The notes under the pieces are model-generated. The model saw only the letters and a list, made by a program, of their open reading frames with translations, was not told the origin of the DNA and did no database searches. Shown one piece after another: positions 1-13,355 of a DNA stretch of 64,000 nucleotides. The translations under genes and the position numbers were made by a program. This DNA is from Podarcis gaigeae. Taxonomy: Eukaryota. The DNA is taken from the NCBI GenBank assembly GCA_964106915.2, contig OZ066919.1; one strand, given 5' to 3'. Numbering within the stretch: position 1 is the first letter of the stretch; every line of letters begins with the position of its first letter.

Positions 1-639
1 CCGTTGCAACAGAGACTAAGCTGTTTGCCAAACAATATTCACTCCCTTCCTACCCACAAAAAATTACCTTACTGAGTAAAGCTAAGCTTTTGGTTTAACT
101 TGCCTACTTACCTGTTTAAAATTAGTTTGCTTGTAACACTTTTTTAAAAAAACACTGAAGTACTTTAATGAAGTTTGGTGCGCATGTTCTAGATTTCAAG
201 TTTTAAAACCAGCTCAGCCCCCATACCCATCCTCAAAGTCAGAGAGGGACCTGCAAAATATTATGGTATTTGCCTAAAAGGCAGAGACATCAGGAAGAAT
301 GTTGGTGTGCACTTTAGAACATTTTTTTAAAAAGGGGTGCAGATTACAAAATATATTGGTACGTGATTATTTAAAGTAAGAACTCTAGAATGTTGTCATT
401 TACTAATAATATTTGTGCTTTATTAGTATTATTTGTATTGCACAAATGTTCTTAAATGGAGCAATTAATACCTAGAAGGACAGCTATTACCAAAAGGTCT
501 CTCGGCTCAAAATCAGAACAAACTGCCAAAATGTGTGCTTATTGGTTTCATGCATCTCCCACTCTTCCTTTAGAACTAATTAGTTAAGAAATGAGCTAAC
601 TTTTATATCAAATTCTGCTCCCCTTTGTTTTACCATGTT

Positions 640-775
640 TGTATCACAACCAACCCAGTGTGGTAGGCTATACTGAAAGATAGTGACTGTTCAAGCCATG
701 TGGAGCTTGGCTGAGTGGAGATTTAAACCTAAGTTTCCCACATACAAATCAATATTCTAGCCGCAACGCCACAAA
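640..775 (-). mobile_element. Degenerate tRNA-derived MIR/CORE-like SINE fragment
   Basis: 'acaaccaacccagtgtggtaggcta...ggctgagtggagatttaaacc' resembles the fuller copy at 37697-37935. Confidence 0.55.
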
Positions 776-1565
776 TGTTTTTATACACTCTGTTTACAGA
801 GGAAAACAATTGTAGATGCACCATTCCACCAAAAGCCAGGGATCCTAAGGGCTAGGGCAATATTGCAGGAAGGGTTGGATGGGCCAGGCCCAGAATAAAA
901 CCTTTTCCTTGAGATGGGTTTCCAGTCAGGCTATCAGAGCCGTTGCCAGCATTTATATATCCAAATAGGTGCAGGCATGACTGTGGTGCAATACGAGAGG
1001 CCAAGAAGGGAAGATGGCTCAGGGGTGGGGGTGGAGAAGGGGCACAGATGCAGCTAACTAGCTGGGTAGGCATGATGTCTGTCTACGTTCTCAACTACAG
1101 GGGTTGAGATGGACCTTGCACACACTCTGATGTGTTCAACTCAGTGACGGCCAACTCATCTTGAAGAGACATTTTCTTCAGGGAGGAATTAACATTTACA
1201 AATGAGACCTATTAGAGTAAATAAAGGCGATTGTCATTTGGCTCAGGAGGCAATGGAGACCATAGGCTTAGATACAAATCTGATTAGGGAGATGCGCCAT
1301 TTGGAGGGGGAGGCAGCCTTTGGCATTGATTGGGTGTGTATGTGTGTGTGTGTTATTTATTTATTGACTTGGACACAGGAGCATTGAGCATTTAGCCTAG
1401 GCAAAGCAGCAGAATGGCAGGGGACATGCTTATGAGGCAGATTTGGAATGGACTAGGCAGGTTGGTGAGGAATATTACCACAATTATCAGGTCAAAATAA
1501 TCAGGACATGGGGGGCACTAAACAGAATGACACTGTTGAGACCAACAGTATATCTTCCTTTGCAA

Positions 1566-1941
1566 GGGTTGCGGGTGGCGTTGTGGTCTAAACCACTGAG
1601 CCTCTGGGGCTTGCTGATCTGAAGGTCAGCAGTTTGAATCTGTGTGACTGGGTGAGCTCCTGTTGCTCCATCCCAGCTTCTGTCAACCTAGCAGTTTGAA
1701 AGCACACCAGTGCAAGTAGATAAATAGGTATCACTTCGTCAGCAAGGTAAACGGTGTTTCCATGCGCTCTGGCTTCCGTCACGGTGTTCCGTAGTGCCAG
1801 AAGTGGTTTAGTCATGCTGGCCACATGACTTGTCTGTGGACAAATGCCGGCTCCCTCAGCCTGAAAGCAAGATGAGCATCACACCCCAAAGTCGCCTTTG
1901 ACTGGACTTAACTGTACAGGGGTCCTATACCTTTTTACCTT
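1566..1941 (+). mobile_element. Sauria SINE, full length, older subfamily
   Basis: Head gggttgcgggtggcgttgtggtctaaacc, core gtgcaagtagataaataggta and gtcatgctggccacatgac, ACCTTT-type tail. Confidence 0.92.
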
Positions 1942-4544
1942 ACATTACTTTTAAACGAGCAAATAAAAAAAATTATAAATCTGTTACTGAGTTGAGTGGT
2001 CTGATTAGAATGCAATAATGCCCTCATATACCATGTCATGCTGGGGTAAAAGGCCACCATAAGCTCCAATAGATTTAATGGCAAAAACAGCAAGAAAGGA
2101 AAGAGGAGAGGAAAGACAAATTAGGATCACCAACGTAAAGCACCAAATGCTGTTGCCTACAAACCCAACTGAAGAAGAAAAATGCCACCATACCTGAAAA
2201 TGCTTCTTAACTGTTTTGGTAACAGGGTCTTTCCTAGTAAAGTACCAGAACATTAGGGAGGCTGACCTGGAGCCAGTTCCAAACAAACTGAAATTGGGGG
2301 TGAGGTGCTACAACTTTTAATCCACGTTTCCCAGAAAGAAAGTCTGATTTATGCAAATAGAAATGTGGAGCTTCTTGAAAGAGAACCATGACAAACCAAT
2401 CTTGTGAAGTAACTTGCCGCCTGTTTTTCTAGTGATACTCACCACATCATCACAAAACCACAAAGAAAGAAGATATGCACAAGGCCTGGTGAAAACTGGA
2501 GTGGCAGAAGATTTCACACACACAAGTATCACCCAGGTTCACTGCAGCCAGTGTTGCTTGTGTTAACTTTAAAAAATAAATGCCTGGACATTATGAAGGT
2601 CCCCAATTGTTCCTTGGCTACATAATCCTGGAGTGTACCATGGACAGGGGTAGTTTTGGCTCTCACGAGAGAGCGCTTTAGGAATGCTTAAAATATATGG
2701 GCCTAGAAATAGTTAAAGAATGAACAGGGATGGGGCTCTGTGGACTTTAATAATAGTAACTCCTCATTCTCATAGTTTTTATCCTTCCTGTCTTTGGCCT
2801 ACAAAAAATTCTCAGCTAAACTACTGACACCGGCTGGGAGCTTAGAACTCCCAAATCAAACAGGGCCCTTGATTCTCCAGCACATAATTGTGCTGCCCTT
2901 TCACCCCCACCTTCAATCAGTGCCGTTTAACTATCTCGTTTAGCCTACGCGACCCACCCCTCTGCTAACTAGCAGCCATATTCTTCTCATTAGGACAGAG
3001 GCTGCTCTTGCTTTACAGACAAGTAGAGACAAATCTGTAATGTCTCTCTCAACACAGTTATATATAGAAAGGGTTTGACGGGGGGAGGGGGTCAGGCAAT
3101 CATGGTCTCCCACAAAACAGCCCAGCTTGCATCTGTCTCAGCCTGAATAATAAACCAGAAAAATTACTGTATTTACCTTGCTCTTATTCCAGTAAATAAA
3201 CATCAGGAAAGGGAGGGGCGGTGGTAGGGAGGTTCACTCACCACAGAGTATATCTTTATACAAAATGGCTGCCCTTACTGTGGGACAAAATGTTTCCAAG
3301 GTAAAGAGACAAGCACTCTCACAAAGCCTTGGGTAGTCTTTGTTCATCAGGAGTACCTTTCTCCAGAACAAAAAAAATTATGACTTTTTGTTCAAGAGCA
3401 AACTGTACCTCTCTGCAGTAGTGCAGCTAGCAATGCTGGGGGAAGTTGGGTTAATTATTCATTCTGTGTACTCATCCTCTGCCTGAGAGGTTCACTTTTA
3501 AACTTCTCAGTTTTATGGGTCACCCAGAATCCAGAAAAACCCAAGTATCACTATGCCAAACAAAATATCCCCAGTCCTTCTGTGGTCTATTCCACCAATG
3601 AAGCATCCATATGCTATTATGTACACAAACCTATTCTCTTATGTACCATTCTACTAGCTCTGTATTTGCTGTATTGTAGCTGTCAACTATCGGGCATAGA
3701 AAGCAGAAAGATTCTCTTCAGCACAATGACCAGGACCTCTGACATGATAAATCAGCATCACCCAAGCCAAAGTATATCAACTGTTATGCTCCTGTTGTTC
3801 CAGAAATTTTTGGAAGCCCAACATGAAAAACTGAGAATGGAATACACCAATCTTCTGCAGACTGTATCTCAGTAACCATTCATTGGCCAATATCTATTAC
3901 TTAGTTTTCAGGCCACAGGAAATACAGGGCTTCCAGATACCATCCATACACCAGGCTCGAGATTTTACATTGTTGAAGGACAGAACCTCAAGTATAGCTT
4001 TGAGAGCTATTGAAATGAAATTATAGTAAGACAATGTTCGGCCTTTCCCATCCTATACTCATACCATGTTAGGGTATTTAACTGTATAAACAGATTTTCA
4101 GAAATACATCAGTGGAAGAACTGGTTCATTTCCTTACTCCAATACATATAGGTGTGTTTCTTTGATAGAGACCTATCAGTAAATAATATAATAAGTATCA
4201 ATAGAAATAAAACCAGCAGCTGTCCCAAAGTGATCAAAGTTATATGAGACAAAGATGTAGATCAGTTAATTAGGTTTTCCTCCTTTTCTGATGATGAGAA
4301 CCCCAGCTTGGGGGGGGGGGACGACACCTTACTTCTTCCTAAAAGCTGGTGGCCTACCACAGAACATGTCTTTTGGGTGGTGACACCTATTCTTTGAACT
4401 CCACCTCCTAACACAGTGCAGCAGACTCGAGAACTTGCCCCTTTAAAACCTTCCTTTACAGGCCTGCTTTTTATTACAAGGGCTTGGGGTTTTTGTTTTT
4501 TTCATGCCTACTTCAAGTTTACCATGTCGTTCTTTTTATTAACA

Positions 4545-4690
4545 ACACAAGAAGAGCTTGCTGGATCAGGCCAAGGGCCCATCTAGTCTGCCAACCTGTG
4601 CTCACAGTGGCCAACCAGATACCTATTGGAAGCCCACTTGCTCCGCAGCTGCAGTTTCCAGCAACTGGTAATTCAGAAATATACTGCTTC
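4545..4690 (-). mobile_element. CR1 LINE 3' end fragment
   Basis: aagaagagcttgctggatcaggccaagggcccatctagt...cacagtggccaaccagat is the reverse complement of the common squamate CR1 3' UTR; related pieces at about 11630-11745, 22180-22260, 53870-53965 and 61445-61560. Confidence 0.7.
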
Positions 4691-4939
4691 CAAATTTTGT
4701 ACTTTTTCTGCATTGTTAAAATTCGCTGAATTATTAATTGTACCTCATTGTAGGGTTTATTATTATTATTATTTTAAAAAACATGTTGCAGAATAACAAG
4801 TGAAAAGGTTAGGTTTTTTCTTAAATCGGGGCAGCTACTTGTTGCAGAAATGCATGGTTTTGGTCACGTTACTAATATTCTATACTGATATATACCAGAA
4901 GCCATGTATTTGAGCTTGAAAGTTGGACAATCTTTCCCA

Positions 4940-5075
4940 GGCCTGCAAAAGAGCTCTGTGATGTTTTAAAGCTTGTCTCTTCTTCCAAGAAATGGTAGTC
5001 CAATAAGAGATTCTACTTGACCCACCTTGTCAGTCTCTTGCTTGCATCCTGGGACTAATACGGCTGTGATCAGCT
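4940..5075 (+). mobile_element. Penelope-like element terminal remnant
   Basis: aagagctctgtg...aaagcttgtctct...gtccaataagagat...cccaccttgtc resembles reptilian Penelope terminal repeats (recognised from memory). Confidence 0.5.
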
Positions 5076-6559
5076 ATTAAAAACATTCCAAGTTCATTAT
5101 CTTGCAAAGACCAGCCAGGACATGGGGCAGTGAGGCTTAAACCAATTAACAGAACACTTCAGTTTTTAAGCAAGAAGAAGCTGTGAGTCAGGTCTTCAAG
5201 AGAGGGATGTCAATGCAACAGGAAGAAACATGTCACGGGTCACAGCAACTCTGAACAGAGGGGCCTGTTAGATCTTAACGATGGTTGGGAAAAGCTGGTC
5301 AACTCAGGTCAGATAGTGCTGTTGCCAAGTCTAGGCTCTGCCACAGAATGCTTCCAAAGAAAGAAAACTTGAAGTTTTCAAGAGCAATATAGAAGTCAGC
5401 CAGATCTCCCAGAAAAGAGGAATCCTGCAAGCAGCACAGTGCGAAAGTGAATGATCAAGCTCCTCATATACTGGCAAAAATCTCATGTAGCCCCTAAACA
5501 AAATACCTGGTGAACGTATGCAGGAATTTCACCTCTGATTTTAGTGAAAAGAAAACAAACAGATGAAAATAACAGAAATGAGTCAAAAGGACTAAACAAA
5601 AAACCCTGGACTTAGTTTTAACTAGGCACACTTAGAACAGCTCTTTCTTTTAGGCTGACAGAAATAAATACATAAATGGATGGTTAAAGAGATTATTTTG
5701 TCCTGACCATGAACACTTAAGAATAAAATGTTCGGCATGAAAGGGCCTCTTTCAGAAGCATATGGTGTCAAAGGAAAAAAACTTATTCTAATTATATAAT
5801 TAATATTATCATACCACCCAGCTTCGTATCTTGCTTCTGAGTGAAGTTACATAGAACCAAAAATCAAAGGCAAGGGAGGGCCTAGTAGGTACGCAGGACA
5901 AAAACAGGATGTGTTATGAATTCCAAAGATGAATTCCAATTTGAGAAGTATTTGGCATCTCTAATTATAAAAAAATCTCTGAGCCCAGTTTTTAAACTGC
6001 TCTCCTTTCCTCATCTCAAGCCAGGTAAGACAAGAGGAGAAGCTGGTAGTTGTTCTGGGCTTCAAAACTTCCAATAGATGAATGATTGAAAATTCAGTAA
6101 TACACACTCAATCAAAACACTCATAGGTAAACCCTGAAAGAGATAAAACATCACGGCAGAGACAGTCAAGGGTGATCAATTTTGAATGAAACCATTTTTT
6201 GGCCTTAAAATCCAGAACATTTTGTGACGGCATCCACTTGTCTCCAGTCTGAAAGTCCTCATAACTAGTTCCAAACAGAGCAAACTAAACTTCTGCCCAT
6301 TTAGCACAGTGGCTACGGTAAGTCAACATCCCATTATTAACTGTCCATTAGTCAATTGGCTTTAGGTGGGAGAACTATGTTTAAAAGATCATGCTATACC
6401 TCACACATGCTGGGTAGCAAGACACCCCTTACTGTCCCCCTGTCCAAAGGGAAACTTCTTTAAAGGCCTATTTCAATGCTTGCCAACCCTTTTTTGGTAG
6501 AGGAAAAGGGGAGGGATAGTAGGAAGTTAAAGAGAATTGTCTTGCTACTCAAAGCCTTT

Positions 6560-6800
6560 AACAACTATTTTTAATATCAGGCTGAGGAGCTGGATTTTGA
6601 AATGAAACAGCCAGTTCCCCTTTGATGCAGGAACTACAGATCTTGAAACAAGGTCCATTCCCTCCTCCTTCACTAACTAACAGCCATATTTCTCTCATTA
6701 AAAGACAATCTGACTGTATTTCCAAACTTCTTAACAAGGCGATCACCGTAATTTGAGGTTTCTATTATCCCTGTCCTATTTCAGTTGGATCGAGAAGCAG
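6560..6800. promoter_or_regulatory. Candidate enhancer/CNE with TCF/LEF site
   Basis: Repeat-free block with CCTTTGATG at 6619-6627 and TAAT/ATTA cores; conservation not testable here. Confidence 0.35.
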
Positions 6801-7029
6801 TGTGCTCTTTGGGGGCTGGGGGGGGGGTGCAGTTGCCTCTGTTCACCACCCTCTCAAACTGCTGCCAGTGATAATGATGACTTGTGAATATTGATTAAAC
6901 AAGACTACCGAGAGGGGGATGTTGGCTTTTTTTGTTCTGGGTGGAAGCAGATAATAAGAAATAAAATATAAGCCAAATCAAAATGAAGTTTGTTTATCTC
7001 CCATCTAGAGTTTGGTCTTATACCTCCTG

Positions 7030-7360
7030 GAGAATACAAATTAATCTGATGCACCCTTTCTCCTTTCTATCACTTCCAATCTCCCATCACCCTGTCCCCT
7101 TCCCAAACGCATAGAGCCAGAGCTCCAAAAAACCTCCCTCTTTGGATTGTTCTCTGCCCGCCCAGCACCCTCACTCCTCTGAGCCAGCTCTGCCAGATGG
7201 ATGCAATTTGCATAATATCACCAGCAGAGGCTGCAGGATCAACAGGGGTCAGGCTCTGACATCTCCAGCACAGTCTATCTCCGAGTGCTAATTTGGACTG
7301 CATTGATCTCTCTTTCTGATTTCTTTGTCATTTATGTCTGCAGCAGTTTGACAGGAGATA
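7030..7360. promoter_or_regulatory. Candidate enhancer/CNE with POU octamer palindrome
   Basis: ATGCAA-T-TTGCAT at 7201-7213 (contains octamer ATTTGCAT), TTAATC, TGACAG. Confidence 0.4.
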
Positions 7361-9479
7361 TGGAGACAGGCAAGGTGGGGGGGAGAGAGGCAAGTGGGGG
7401 GAGGCAAGGAGAGAAACAAAGATTGTAGTTACAGATGTCTTTAAGGAAAGAAAAAGATTAAGCCAAGGACTCCGCTGAGGGTCGAAGCTCAGAGACATCC
7501 TAATTACCTTGTTCTTAGGGATTCTTGTACAGACTTAGAGGGGGGTCTTGTCATGGAACTTGCAGGAAAGGAAACTTGCAATGGAGTGCCTCCAGTTGGC
7601 TGCTATCCACCCCCCCACAGCCCACCCCCATGCCACACCTCTCAGTGGTTTCTCATTAGGTAAATGCCAGGCTGCTAAAAGCCAGAATCATCCAAAAGCA
7701 CATCCTCACCTCCATACCTCTCCAGAATGTCTCATTAAAGACAAAAACAAGGCCGCTCCATAATGCAGCCAGGTGCCAGCTCAAAAAGCTGGCAATGAGC
7801 AATTTCCCTGCCACACACCCATGGTTTGGAATATAATGGGGAAAGTCCAGCCCCTCGCCCCAGCACCATCAGTGCCCAGCCACAATGCAGGATGCTTTCT
7901 GCTTTGATTATGTTTTCACATTGTTTTATGCATTTAATATTCAACTTTAATGTCAACCAACTTGAGGGCCTATGATAGACAGAAAAGATGTGGGAGAGGC
8001 CAAGCATGCTATAAATACTTTCCTTCTTTAAGCAAAGCTCTGTTAGATACACCTATTCAAAACATTCCATTTACACTCATTTTTATGCACTTTGCACGAT
8101 CTTTTGTCTGCCCATTTCCGAAAGCATTAAGTTTCAACATGTTGGTAGCCAGCCAGCATTTGAAGTAGGCCCTAATATCTCCTCTTCCCCAAGTCCCCTG
8201 TCTCTCCTACACAGAAGACTTGGGAGAGGAATTCAGTCTCTCACCACATACTAGGCTTGAACCCTTTCAGAAACAGCACTGGGAAACGTTTCTATCCACT
8301 TGAATAAGTCTCCAGATCATGGTGTAAGCAAAATAAATCTCTTTACCTCTCTTTCCCCCAAGTTCTAAAGACAATTGGAGAGGGAAGGGATCATTCTAGC
8401 ATCTTGCACAGGATTCACTTATGAGTGTCTCCCAGACCAGCATCAGCTATGGTGTCTGCACAGCCTGCTTCCTGATTTGGATGAAGAGCTATTTTAAGAG
8501 GAGGAGGAGGAGGAATATAAAAAAATGAGTTTTTCTAAAGTCCCATGCTCTTTGTGTGCATGTGTGAAGCTGTACAAAACAGCTTCACAAACTCTGTTCC
8601 TAGCCTTTTCTAATGTACTGACATCACCTCAGTCCTCAACTTCAGGGAAGGCAGGTACAGGATATGTGTTTGATGTGTTGCAGATCCAGCTTGTGAAAAT
8701 CCAGACACAGGCTAAGGATGACCCTCTCCTAACACTAGTCAGAGCCTGAGGTCCAGACATTCAGTGACATGAGTGAGCACATTTAGACAAGGCTGTTCCA
8801 TGCCCTCACCAAAATCCACCGTTTAATCCAGTTAACTGCTGGGGGTTTTTTCTTCTAAAAGGAGAAGCACTTGAATATGCATGTGTTTGTGTGGTTTAAG
8901 CAACATACACATGAATGAAAAAGTTTCTTTGCAGCATTCCTCCCCAATAGTTTTGAAGAAAGAAGCTGCACTAATGACTGCATGCTGCAAAAAACAAACA
9001 AACCCATATGGTCTGGACTGTATCACTAGCAATCAAGCTAAAATGGCCACTGCAGCTCACTTGGCAGCGACTATCATGGATAGCCTACCCAAAATATGAT
9101 GGGTCTACCTTTGCCATTGCTGGGTGTGGAAACAATGTTGCAGTGAATAGCAGAATGACATAGAAAGACAAGAAGTCAACACAAACACCCAATCATATTC
9201 TATCATCCCACCCCCACCCCCCAGCAACCCAGTTTCTTTGTTAACCATAGGAAACAGTTGAAAGGCCTTGAGTTCTCCATTGTAACATGCATAGGAATAG
9301 AGCAGCAGTGATAAGAACATGCCCCCTGCCGCTGCCAGGAAAAAAGAAGCGCTGAATCTTTGCTAAAAAGGGCTGAACGCTGGCAAGAGTGTTCTGTCAC
9401 TTTTGCGCACAGTAATCCACTGTGCCACTGAGTCCCATCAGAGGGATTTTGAAAACTTAAATGACTGAAAGCAAAAGAG

Positions 9480-9720
9480 CACCAGCTCAAGGTTCCCAGC
9501 CAGCCCAGACATCCTAATTAGCTTTACACACACTCCCACTCGGAGGGGAGAGAGCACACACACAAAAAGGACTGTCACTTTGCTTTTTTCTCTTTCTAAA
9601 AGCGTGTCTGCGCTTACTGCCTTTCCCACTGTGACACCTCTCACAGTAGTTAATTAGAATCATGTCACCACGTTAATGCGCTCTGACTGGACGCTGACAG
9701 ACATTCGGCCTGTATCCTGC
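9480..9720. promoter_or_regulatory. Candidate enhancer/CNE
   Basis: CTAATTAG, TTAATTAG, TGACAG/CTGTCA and retained CpGs in unique sequence. Confidence 0.4.
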
Positions 9721-11114
9721 CCAAACCCCCTCCTCCCAGGCCAACAGTACCTACGCAAAGCACCTCTCTGCTTCCAAAAACCTCTCCTCACATCCTGGGC
9801 AGAAAGGGCCTTGTCTCGTCCACCCGCCTGCCAGCCCATACTCTCTCCTTGCCAGAAATATCTGCCATATTGCCTCACTCATGGAGCATCCGCTTCACCT
9901 GTTTTGAGCTTCCTGACCTTTAGCAGCACTAATTCAAAATGACACTGCTCATTTGATGACATTTCTGATGATTTTTATTTTAGTCTCTTTTAATTATTTA
10001 ACTCTGGAGTCTTTGGCCCTATCCCTTAGGCTGTGAAACAGTTGGCCCCCTACCATAAATCTGGTCTAGGGCCACACCCCACTCCTGCCCAATCTCTGTG
10101 AGTAAGGGGCACCACAGTGAATCAAACGTAGAGCAAGATGTTCACAACAGACTGATGTGATGTAGTTTGAGAAAGCTTAAAACTGGGAACTGGGCCATAT
10201 CAGTCGCAAGATCTCCCGCTTATGTCAGAAAACCATTGCTTGGAAAGCTATCAAGGGATCAGAATTTAGAAAGGCACTTTCTTTTTAAATACAATCAGAT
10301 TCTGAAGAATCTGAGCAGCTACCAACTTCATCATGGCCATGCACACTTCAAGACTGAGCTGCATCTAACAAAGTTGTTCTGTTCATGTAAGGACTTCTGC
10401 TTGCACAATAGAACTTCCTCTCCTTCTCCTCACCTCATGTACCAATCTGCTCTCAAGTTTTCCCCAGACCACCAGGGCAAATTTGAGGAGTGGGGGGCAT
10501 GCGGGGAAAAGAGACGGAGGGGAAGTTCCTTGCATGAATAGGACAATTTCACTGGATTCAACCATCTAAGAGGATTTCACTACAGTTTGTCTGGAGCTGC
10601 TGCCAGGTAATGCATTGAAGCACATGGCACACAGGTCTTCAGGCATGCTAAAATTAGTGTGTTTTCAGTGCCTTGGTTCTCTCTACCTTGAAGTCAAACA
10701 GTATGAAGGAAAGATATGCTATTAGATCATGTCTTTAATTCCCCCCCCCCCCACATATCACATTTTTCAATTCAAAATGCTTTTTTTGGCTATTAGAAAA
10801 ACTTTGAAATATTTATATCTAAAATTATCAAGGCACACTAAGCACAAATGAAACAAACTATTTAGGGCAGCAGAATATATTCCAATTCAAATTTTCCCAC
10901 AGTATCCACATTCACTGTTTGATACCCAAGACGAGTATTAATGAGAAGAGTATATACCCTGAAATGCAGAGAGGCCAAGAGAGTGCACAGAAACAAGAAA
11001 GAACATGCACAGTAAATAAAGTCCAAAAAGACTAAAACAGTGGATGAAGTGAAGCCAGGGCTCCCTTGCTGAGTGGTATGGAGTTGGTTGTGTGCTGACT
11101 GAATCTGTTAACAA

Positions 11115-11332
11115 ATGAATATGCTGTCTCCTAGGTGAGCAGATCCAGGATGTGATGAACAAGTTGTCAAGTCTTATCGAGTTCACCGATCATTATCCTT
11201 TCTTGCTTTTCCCCAAGGGAATGAATTACACCAGAGACAACTATGAACGTATCACATTCGACTACAAAACTCTGAGGGGGGAGGTGAAGGACCTTGGGGC
11301 TCAGGTGATGTCCTTGTCAATTCTTCCTGTAA
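11115..11332 (+). mobile_element. CR1 LINE ORF1 remnant (SGNH esterase-like domain)
   Basis: CCLLGEQIQDVMNKLSSLIEFTDHYPFLLF..GMNYTRDNYERITFDYKTL.GEVKDLGAQVMSLSILPV matches the CR1 ORF1 pattern CCLPGA.I.DV...L...I...D.YP.LL.HVGTND......DY..LG..LK..GAQVV.SSILPV. Confidence 0.8.
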
Positions 11333-11894
11333 AACAGGAATGGGGAATCTCCAACCCACCAAGCCTCTCCATGTGGCTCCTGACTCTCTCCCTAGGCTAT
11401 GTCCCCTTTCCCCTCACCGACTCACTGCAGTACTCAGTGCACCGACTCACTCACCGACTCAGGAACAACAAGCGCTGAAAAATCCTGTAGATAAAAGTGC
11501 AGACCATTTTTTTCCCTTGCGCATTGCTGCAATGTGTCCCTAAGCTGTGGTAACAGAAAATATACAAGGGAAGTCCACCTTCCTGGGAAGAATGTGTCCT
11601 TCATTGTGAAAAACATGCTTATGATTTTGCCTTCTGGGATGTTGTGCTCCTATGAGCTTCCCCAACAGTTTGGCCATTGTGGGGACAGCATAATAGACTA
11701 CACAGGCCTTTGGTCTGATCCAACAGGGCTGTTATTATGCTCCACTAATCACATATTCCTCTTTTGGCTCCACTCCTTCCCTATTTTAGGTCTGGCCTGA
11801 TTGCTCGTGTAGCACAGCCCCTGGGTTCTTGGGCTAAAAATATATTATTTAGGCTGCAAAAGGCAGATGACACAAAGAGTGGGGTGTGTGTGTG

Positions 11895-12650
11895 AATACA
11901 TCAGGTGAATAACTAGCAATGCAAATGCTGTTGAGAAGAAAGGTTGGTTTTTAGGGCCACAGCTTAATTTTCCTCAGTAAAGGACTACTGGAAAGTATCA
12001 GGTGAACCTGATCAGGAAGGTTTTAAACTAAAGCCTGATGTTAAGTACCCCATCCTGGTAACACTACTGATGAAGGGACAGCTGCAAATCTTCAATATAA
12101 AGTTAAGCATTAGAGAAAGAGATTTAGATATTATAGGAGAAACTGCAGGGGGAGATGGCCGATGTGGGTGTATAGCAAAACACACAATAAAACAGCAGGA
12201 GACACATTGTAGCAGATTATTTAAGGTTTTTTATGTCTATACACTACTGCACACAGCAGTAGTAGGAAATAAACAAGATGAGCTTGAACTGCTTGTAAAG
12301 CAAGGGAACTACGACAATAGGTATTAATGGGACTTAGTGGGATGGCTCCCATGACTGAGATGTAGCAACCGAAAGATACAGCTTGTTAAAAAGAGGACTG
12401 ACACAACCAAAAGGGAGGGGGAGCAGCAGCATGTGTCTACACCTGCACAGAAAAGCAAGAAAGTGAACACAGTGGGTCTATGGGGATTATATGGGTAGAA
12501 TAAATTGGGAAATTAGCAAAAATAATACAGTGATGAAGCCTGCTACAGACTCTACACCAATGTGATGAGTAACACATTACAGATGTTTCAGGAAAGGAGG
12601 AATTAGTAGTAATGGGGACCTACCTTGGTATCTGCTGTGGGGCAAACTCC
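11895..12650 (+). mobile_element. CR1 LINE: end of ORF1 plus ORF2 endonuclease remnant
   Basis: VGNKQDELELLVKQGNYD, then frameshifted/stop-interrupted IGI.ETWWDGSHDW-like and KGGGAA-like motifs. Confidence 0.8.
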
Positions 12651-12654
12651 GCTG

Positions 12655-13025
12655 TTTATTTATTTATTAATTACAATTTATATCCTGCTTGAATGCGGGG
12701 GGGGGGGGGCACCCCAAAGCAGTTTACAAACAGATAAAACAATAAGGCAGAGAAAATTCACAACCATACTTTAAAACATACAAAAATTAAAATACTAAAA
12801 CAGATATAATTACTTCAACTTTCTAAACATATGGGCAGGCTTGTATAAACAAGAATGTTTATACCAAAAAGAATATGGTGAAGGCACCTGCTTGATCTCA
12901 ATAGGCGGGGAGTTCCAACATGCAGCTGTTGCCAAACTAAATGGTAAGAGTTCTTAAAAATGCGGAAGAGGCATTATGTGGTAGCTGTAGTAGTGCCAAT
13001 TCCACTGATCAAAGCAGTTGAGTGG
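12655..13025 (-). mobile_element. L2-clade LINE 3' end nested in the CR1
   Basis: (TTTA)n tail on + strand, tttatatcctgc, and ggcgggagttcca typical of L2 3' ends. Confidence 0.55.
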
Positions 13026-13029
13026 AGAT

Positions 13030-13355
13030 TGTAAGGAGGCATAATAGCAATCTTCAAATATCTAATAGGCTGTCACATGTAACAAGCTTCTTTTCTCCTG
13101 CTGCAGAGGCTAGGACCCAAACTAATGGCGTCAAGTTACAATAAAGGAGATTCTGACTAAACATCAAGAATAGCTTTCAGACAGTAAGAGCTGTTCAGCA
13201 GTGGAATGGGCACCTATGAATGGTAGTGGGCTCTCCTCCCTTGGAGGTTTCTCAGCAGAGGTTGGATGGCCATCTGTCATGGATGATCTAGTTGAGATCA
13301 TTGCAGGGTTTGGACTAGATGACCTTCAAGGTACCTTACAACTCTACAATCTGTG
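13030..13355 (+). mobile_element. CR1 LINE 3' end
   Basis: AIFKYL.GCH, RT..NG.KLQ..RF.LNI.K.F.TVRAVQQWN-like translation; ggaggtttctcagcagaggttggatggccatctgtc...ggactagatgacct...caactct. Confidence 0.85.

Noticed and set aside
3242-3277. 36-nt ag...gtgagt micro-exon candidate on the minus strand
   Set aside because: Stops in two frames and no recognisable peptide; such splice-site pairs occur by chance
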